Shown here in pieces: positions 35,421-42,175 of a stretch of 42,175 nt of DNA. Where the stretch lies: positions 3,201,722-3,243,896 of the forward strand of contig MU058000.1 in the NCBI GenBank assembly GCA_013265495.1. Reading direction: 5' to 3'. Each line of letters opens with the position of its first letter. The stretch's first letter is position 1. The position numbers were made by a program, and so were the translations under genes. The notes beneath the pieces were generated by a model. That model ran no database searches, was not told the origin of the DNA, and saw only the letters and a list, made by a program, of their open reading frames with translations. This stretch comes from Vicugna vicugna. Lineage: Eukaryota.

Positions 35421-37357
35421 TTTGAATTCATTTCTGTATTGTATTAGTTGTCTAAATGGCAAACTAACAATTTGTGTATGTTTTCTCCAATCAAGTACTG
35501 AGCAATCTTCCCCCAAATACATTCATTTGTAGCACATGCAGAATAATTACCTATTCCATAAGCCTTACCTCCGGGGTTGTAACAATTGAGTAATATTTAG
35601 CCTTTCTTAACTCAGTATGCTTTATGTCATTGCATTTGTTCTTATTTTGATCATTTGATTTTGTATATCAACATATAAAACGATGTAAAATATCAGCGTT
35701 TGTATTTTGCATACAATTTCTGCTAGAGTGTTATCAAATTTGATTGCTGTCTCTGCCAAGTGAAGAAAATTCCCAAGCTAACATTATTTCTGGAATGATC
35801 ACCTCAATTCTAGACATGGCCTCACCAAAAACAGAATTATGTAGATTATGTACTGAAAAGTGGCATTTTCCTCTCATTTTCATTACACAGAAAGGCAGTT
35901 ATTAATATTTGAACAATCATACTTCAATTCAGTCTATTGAAAATGAGTATTTGTAATTCATGTTACAGTGAGTTTGTGATAAAACTGTTTATCTTCACAC
36001 CTACTCTAATTCTTTAATCAACTATTTTCCATCTCTAAAACATTTGTAATTTAACAAAATTTAGCAAAAGTAATTTGAGGCAGAACAAAGTAATGAGGTT
36101 CTGATCACTTCCCACCATATGCAAGAAAGAGGGATTAAATATTTTTAAAAACTTTCTACATATACCGCCTTCTAGACAATAAAATGATAGTGAGTCAAGT
36201 GGATGATTTTCAACAAAAGGGACCAATAATTTATATTCAAATTTCATGCTATTTTATCTGAATCAGAAACAGCATATTTATTTTAGTGGAATCTTTGGGA
36301 TAGTTTCTCTTCCTGTTTTTCCTGAAATTCATCCGTTATGACTGACATGTAGGTAAGAAAGTATGGATAGCTCCTGTTCTGCTAGTGATGTGTCCTCCAC
36401 TATATAACAGTCAAATTTGTAGCCCTGAAGTCATTTCTTATTTTCTGACATGCTGTCTATTCTCTCAAAGATTTTATTCACTTTTCTAGATAACTGTATT
36501 TCATCCTCATCTCTAATGGTTTTCTATTTTTCCCTGATAATTCTTTAAAACTGTATTTCTTTAGCCAGTGAAGGAATGACATAACAGCACAGTAACATAA
36601 CATAGGATTTGTAAAAATTTTAAATATGATATATCTCACTGAAAAATTGTTATAAGGATTAAATCTATACTCATGAAATTTATTTTTCATCAAATGAATG
36701 CTTTCTGTAATATAATTAGTGGATGATTATCTATCAATTTCTAATTTATTACTACACTCTACTTTATGACTTGTTAATTGTAAATGAAAATTAGTTACTA
36801 CTTATCAATTCATATTACAACAAAAGTAACTGTAGATTTAAATTAAGTGCTTGACAATATCATTCTAGATCATTAAATAAACAGTAGACAATGACTGCAA
36901 TGTGAAATGTCCTATATAAACTTATTTTACTTATTCATCAAGAAATTTTAGTTATTCATCAAGAAGCACATCAGTCAGAAAATGGTTTTAAATTTTAAAT
37001 TATTTTTATTCTAAATTTCTTTTAAAATACAGTATATTTTCTTTTTTCTTTTTTAACCATTTTTTTATTGAATAATAGTCATTTTACAATGTTGTGTCAA
37101 ATTCCAGTGTAGAGCACAATTTTTCAGTTATACATGAACATACATATGTTCATTGTCACATTTTTTTTTCGCTGTGAACTAACACAAGATCTTGTATATA
37201 GTTCCCTGTGCTATACAGTATAATCTTGTTTATCCATTCTACATTTTAAAATCCCAGTCTGTCCCTTCCCACCCCCTGCCCACTTGGTAACCACAAGTTT
37301 GTATTCTATGTCTATGAGTCTGTTTCTGTTCTGTATTTATGTTTTTTGTTTTTTTTT

Positions 37358-37727
37358 TTAGATTCCACACATGACTGATCTCACATGGCATTCTTCTTTC
37401 TCTCTCTGGCTTACTTCACCCAGAATGACATTCTCCAGGAATATCCACGTTGCTGCAAATGGCGTTATGTTGTCAGTTTTTTTGGCTGAATAGTATTCCA
37501 TTGTACAAACACACCACATCTTCTTTATCCAGTCATCTGTTGATGGACATTTAGGCTGTTTCCATGTCTTGGCTATTGTAAACAGCACTGCTATGTACAC
37601 TGGGGTGCAGGTATCATTTTGAAGTAGGGTTTCTTCTGAATATATGCCCTGGAGTGGGATTCCTGGGTCACATGGTAAATCTATTCCTAGTCTCCAGAGG
37701 AATCTCCACACTGTCCTCCACAGTGGC
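37358..37727 (-). pseudogene. L1 ORF2 C-terminal remnant
   Basis: WRFLWRLGIDLPCDPGIPLQGIY...CTPVYIAVLFTIAKTWKQPKCPSTDDWIKKMW...TMEYYSA...FAATW..LE.VILGEVSQ is the canonical L1 ORF2 C-terminus. Confidence 0.93.
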
Positions 37728-37869
37728 TTTCCTTGCTTCCCTCTCCCACTCTTGATGATTTAGATGTCTTCTTTTACAATTCTGTGTTTATTCTATTTGG
37801 AATTCATGGTAGTTATCACCTTTCCAGTTATGAGTTTCTCATTTTTGTAGCATCTTGCTTCTTTTCTAT

Positions 37870-38724
37870 TTAGAGCAGACCTATCAATATTTCTCTTAGC
37901 ATGGGTTTAGTGTGCTAAACTCTTTTAGTTTTTGCTTGTCTGTGAAGTTCTTTATCTCTCCTTCTATTCTAAAGGATAGCCTTGCTGGATAGAGTATCCT
38001 AGGCTGCATCTTTTTTTCATTCAGGACTTTGAATATACCTTGCCATTCCCTTCTGTCCTGTAGTGTTTGTGTAGAGAAATCAGCTGAGAGCCTTATGGGG
38101 GTTCCCTTGTAACTCACTTTTTGTTTATCTCTTGCTGCCTTTAGGATCATTTCTTTATCCTTGACTCTGGCCATCTTGATTATGATATGTCTTGGTGTGG
38201 ATCTGTTTGGGTTCTTCCTGTTTGGGATCCTCTGAGCCTCCTGTACTTGAATATCTGATTCCTTCTTTAGGTTTGGGAAGTTTACAGTCACGATTTCTTC
38301 CCCTTCTGGAACCCCTATTATGCATAGATTGGCACACTTTGTATTATCCCATAGGTCCCTTATATTGTTTTCATTGTTTTTTATTTGTTTTTCTCTCAGC
38401 TGTTCTGATTGGGTGCTTTCTGTGGTCCTGTCTTCTAGGTCACTTATTCATTCCTCTGCCTGCTTTGTTACGCCTTTAGGTCAGCTCTCATCTCAGCAAA
38501 TGAGTTTACTAATTCTACTTGGTTCTTCTTTATAGCTTCTATTTCATTCTTGACATATTTTATATCTCAAAACACTATTTTAGTCCCTTCAGTACTTTGA
38601 TCACTCCTTTTTTGATATCTTGATCTAGTAGGCCATCAATGTCTATTTCTTTGATCATGCTTTCAGGGGATTTCTCTTGATCTTTTAATTGGGAGTGGTT
38701 CCTCTGCTTCTTCATATTGCTCAT
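37870..38724 (-). pseudogene. L1 ORF1p, disrupted (frameshifts, stops, small deletion)
   Basis: Starts MSNMKKQRNHSQLKDQEKSPE at 38724; the RRM/CTD segment NFPNLKKESDIQVQEAQRIP...STPRHIIIKM...ILKAARDK...YKGTPIRLSADFS..TLQDRREW..IFKVLNEK.MQPRILYPARLSF is ORF 37896-38291; native stop at ~37870. Confidence 0.93.
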
Positions 38725-38878
38725 ATCTCTCTAGCACTGTGGCTGGTGGGCAGGCGGGTCACTCCCCATCCCAATGCCACAGTCAGATGCTGCAATCAGG
38801 CAAGGCAGGTGGGCAGATCACATCCCCTCCAAGCACAGTGGTCAGGTGCTGCATTCCTGCCAGGAAGGTGGGTGGCCG

Positions 38879-40197
38879 CCCACCCTCTCCCTGTACTGGT
38901 CGCTCCGCTGCTCTGTGCAGCTGCTTGCTCTGCCTCGGGTTGGCGCTGCGTAGGTGGGCTTGGGGAAGACCGCAGAACAGCCCCACCTCTGCTCTGTGCC
39001 AAATCTCGGCTCCTTGTTCGTCTTGGTGGCACAAGTTCTCTGAGGTGCCAGGGCAGAAATATCCTGTCTGCCTCGGGCTGTAAACAAGTCTCAGTCCTGC
39101 CTAGGAGGTTGCAGAGCCTCCAGGTGCAGATTCAGGTCTTGGCCCCACCCTGGTGCTGCACACAGGAGGAGATGGTGGCATGGTTGCACCCCACCTCTCT
39201 TCTCACGAGAAGCACCAGTAATGGCGCCACGGGTGACAAAGGCTACAGCACCCCTCCCCCTAGGGCACACCAGCCTGTTGCTTTGCTTCTTTCACAATTT
39301 ATGGGGGACCAATGTTGTTCTGCTCTGTATCCCCTCCCAGCCATGGTGCACAGCACCCTGCAGTCCCCCGGGGCTGCCTCAGTGCAGCCGCCCCAGTCCT
39401 CCGCCCGGCTTAGGCAGCCTATCCCAGCCCCCAGCTGATGGCTTGCATCTCGGGCTGGGTGTCGTTGGGACCCTTTGTGCCCGTTTAACTTAGTTCTGTT
39501 GGTCAAGTGGTGCTCAGGGCAGATCTGAGCCTCAGAGACCCACCCTCTCCCTGTACTGGTCGCTCCGCTGCTCTGTGCAGCTGCTTGCTCTGCCTCGGGT
39601 TGGCGCTGCGTAGGTGGGCTTGGGGAAGACCGCAGAACAGCCCCACCTCTGCTCTGTGCCAAATCTCGGCTCCTTGTTCGTCTTGGTGGCACAAGTTCTC
39701 TGAGGTGCCAGGGCAGAAATATCCTGTCTGCCTCGGGCTGTAAACAAGTCTCAGTCCTGCCTAGGAGGTTGCAGAGCCTCCAGGTGTAGATTCAGGTCTT
39801 GGCCCCACCCTGGTGCTGCACACAGGAGGAGATGGCAGCATGGTTGCACCCCACCTCTCTTCTCACGAGAAGCACCAGTAATGGCGCCACGGGTGACAAA
39901 GGCTACAGCACCCCTCCCCCTAGGGCACACCAGCCTGTTGCTTTGCTTCTTTCACAATTTATGGGGGACCAATGTTGTTCTGCTCTGTATCCCCTCCCAG
40001 CCATGGTGCACAGCACCCTGCAGTCCCCCGGGGCTGCCTCAGTGCAGCCGCCCCAGTCCTCCGCCCGGCTTAGGCAGCCTATCCCAGCCCCCAGCTGATG
40101 GCTTGCATCTCGGGCTGGGTGTCGTTGGGACCCTTTGTGCCCGTTTAACTTAGTTCTGTTGGTCAAGTGGTGCTCAGGGCAGATCTGAGCCTCAGAG
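38879..40197. repeat. 660-bp tandem duplication in the L1 5'UTR (2 copies, 3 mismatches)
   Basis: Line-by-line comparison of 38879-39537 with 39539-40197 shows differences only at 39127/39787 (c/t) and 39176-39177/39836-39837 (tg/ca). Confidence 0.97.
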
Positions 40198-40483
40198 GCT
40201 CCCCCTCTGTCCTGCTGGCCTCTCCGTTGGAGGGGTGCGACCCAGTGAACAAGTGCTAGTACTCCTTTACTGATCCCTCCCCACGGGACTAGTCCCACAC
40301 TGTTTTCTTTTCTCTTCTTTCTTTTTTCCTTTTCTCCTACTAGATTTTTGGTGTCTTTGTCTTTCGAAGAGGGCGATGTTCTGTCAGAGTTCAGCAGGTG
40401 CTCTGTTTGGCTGAGTGGGTCCGTAGATGGGAGTTTTGGGTGTATTTGTGGGAGAGGGTGAGCTACAAGCATCCTTCTACTCT

Positions 40484-40493
40484 GCCATCTTGC
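40484..40493 (-). promoter_or_regulatory. YY1-type site at the L1 5' terminus (internal promoter)
   Basis: The plus strand reads tgccatcttg (element sense caagatggca), about 10 bp from the 5' end; this is the position and sequence of the conserved L1 YY1 motif. Confidence 0.65.
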
Positions 40494-41539
40494 TTCTGTC
40501 TTCAGTATATTTTCAATGGAATTATACTACCCAACTCATGCCTCCTTTGTAAATGGAAGCAAAACAAATTACTCTCCCAACAGCACAAGACATTTTATTT
40601 TCTCTGTTGAAAAGAGCCCTAATGTACTAATTTATAAGAATATATACTTCATCTTCCAGAAATATTTTATACTACATATAGAAATTATCCATCTTTGGAT
40701 TCAGCAAAATTCTGAAGTAACAGAAATAAATCCCAGGGTAAGGAGGAGGTCTAACATCTGACTAGTGCACCCTACAACGTGAGAACCATATGCACCTGCC
40801 ATGAACAGGCTACCATCGTGGCTCACAGAACGTCTCCACTGACAAATCCACCTACACTATTTCAGGAAAGTAGCCAATGGCTTTTTCAATTTTTCCAAAT
40901 ATATCTCCAGAGCTGTTTTGCATTGTTATTTTTTGTACAGGTTATCCACTTTCTTCCTCTCACACATAAAGCTCATATAGTCTGCTTTAATTTAAGAAAG
41001 AGATAGTCTTGTTTGGTTTCCATTTCAGAATCGTGGCACTTTGGAAACAAATGATGCCAAGAGTCTCAAAAACTCAGGGGTAGGTGGCATCATATGGCTT
41101 ACCAATTCAATGCCGTAACTTTTATATAAAGTTTCATTTACTGAGCAGATGGTGGCTAATGTTGTCAATGTGTTTCTACATGCAATAGAGCACACTGGTA
41201 CACAGAGAACAAGCATTGAAGTACCTTCCCTGCCAAAGTTAAGGCTAAATTTTGTTCTTGGACAGAGAAAATATTTGACAATGGAGCCCTGGGCAATTCT
41301 GCTGGTAAGAGCCTGAAGTTACCATGAAAAGGAAATCAGTTTGTCAGTGGGGGTGAGGATGGGGAATAAAATGCTGATGCAGGGCTGGAGGGTATATATA
41401 ATAGCTTTTTCCTCCTTCATTTTCCATTTTTACTAACATGTCCTTCATAATCAAGAGCATGTCATTCAGCTTTAGAATAGGCATAGATGTGAACTGTATT
41501 TATATTGATTACAGGAGCAAAATTCAATATGAACAAATA

Positions 41540-42050
41540 GCAACAACAAAAAAAAGATGGCAAAGATAAACTGGCCATATGCTACAGAAGAGAAAACTGA
41601 TGTGATATGCCCATTTCAAACAAAATAGACTTTAAGATAAATGCTTTATTGGAGATAAAAATTTCAAGTCAGCAAGATGTTATAATAAACAGACATTAAA
41701 TCAACATAGTAAATTCACAAATAAAACTTTAGAATATAGAAATTGGTAATTCCATTATTGAGGTGAGACACTTAAATAGATTTTTATTGATAATTCAGAG
41801 GACAAAAGACTGCATTTTTGTAAGATTTTAGGAGATTTGAATAGCAAAATTAGAAGCTCAGTTTAATGGGCATATGGACAGCCATGCTCCCAAGAAAGAA
41901 AACATCCATATTTTTTAGAGCATACAAGAAACATTTATGAAAGATGATATTATCTTAGGTCAAAATCCTCAATACAGTTAAATGAATCACGTAGAGTATG
42001 TTTGCTCTATATTGTCATTGAATTAGGAATTAATGACAAATAAAAAAGAA
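41540..42050 (+). mobile_element. Ancient L1 ORF2 endonuclease-domain fragment
   Basis: aaagatggcaaagata...atttcaaacaaaatagactttaag (SDKIDFK)...ccattattgaggtgagacacttaa...catacaagaaacatttatgaaagatga. Confidence 0.65.
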
Positions 42051-42056
42051 TAAAAT

Positions 42057-42175
42057 AATGTGATTTGCAGCAACATGGATGGACATGGAGACTGTCATTC
42101 TAAGTGAAGTAAGCCAGAAAGAGAAATAAAACTACCATATATATCACTTACATGTGGAATCTTAAAAAAAAAAAA
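42057..42175 (+). mobile_element. Young camelid L1 ORF2 3' end, cut by the window edge
   Basis: tttgcagcaacatggatggacatggagactgtcattctaagtgaagtaagccagaaagagaaa...tgtggaatct (FAATWMDMETVILSEVSQKE). Confidence 0.88.

Larger units (their letters stand above)
37042..40502 (-). mobile_element. Camelid L1 with both termini and ORF2 largely deleted (half-L1-like), 12-bp TSD
   Basis: T-rich tail from 37042; 3'UTR similar to the 27867 copy; ORF2 C-terminus; ORF1; GC-rich 5'UTR; 5' end gaagacagaagcaagatggcagagtag; perfect TSD cagtatattttc at 37030-37041 and 40503-40514, followed by AA (TTTC/AA endonuclease site). Confidence 0.95.

Noticed and set aside
36931..36965. Direct repeat ttattcatcaagaa x2 with a 7-bp spacer, as a CRISPR-like unit or TSD
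   Set aside because: There are only two units in AT-rich eukaryotic DNA; this is an ordinary small tandem duplication.
38879..40197. 660-bp direct repeats as retroviral LTRs
   Set aside because: The copies are directly adjacent, lack TG...CA ends, PBS and PPT, and lie within the L1 5'UTR.
1..42175. Short ORFs in the six-frame track as host genes
   Set aside because: They are mostly 60-130 aa, often with non-ATG starts, and overlap repeats or microsatellites; the only recognisable domains are L1 ORF1/ORF2 remnants.

Overview
This is mammalian, almost certainly camelid (alpaca/llama/camel), AT-rich non-coding DNA from an intergenic region or deep intron. The taxon call rests on a Vic-1-type tRNA-derived SINE at ~32.5 kb and young camelid-type L1 3' ends. 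I found no credible host protein-coding exon, RNA gene or prokaryote-type system. The ORF-track entries are chance ORFs, except for L1 ORF1/ORF2 remnants. The window is a mosaic of ancient repeats (L1M/L1ME, L2, MIR, MLT1 and ERVL LTRs, MER5/Charlie and Tigger MITEs), artiodactyl and camelid L1 fragments with recognisable target-site duplications (TSDs), microsatellites and several repeat-poor, enhancer-like blocks. Three things stand out. (1) A 3.46-kb minus-strand L1 at 37042-40502 is bounded by a perfect 12-bp TSD and keeps both termini and a decayed ORF1, but lacks almost all of ORF2 (half-L1/HAL1-like). (2) Its 5'UTR carries a near-perfect 660-bp tandem duplication. (3) A CpG-retaining unique block at ~20.5-20.95 kb encodes, on the minus strand, the exact Tc1/mariner catalytic motif SPDLNPIE, possibly an ancient transposase fossil. 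Repeat family names come from my recall of consensus sequences, not from a database search.
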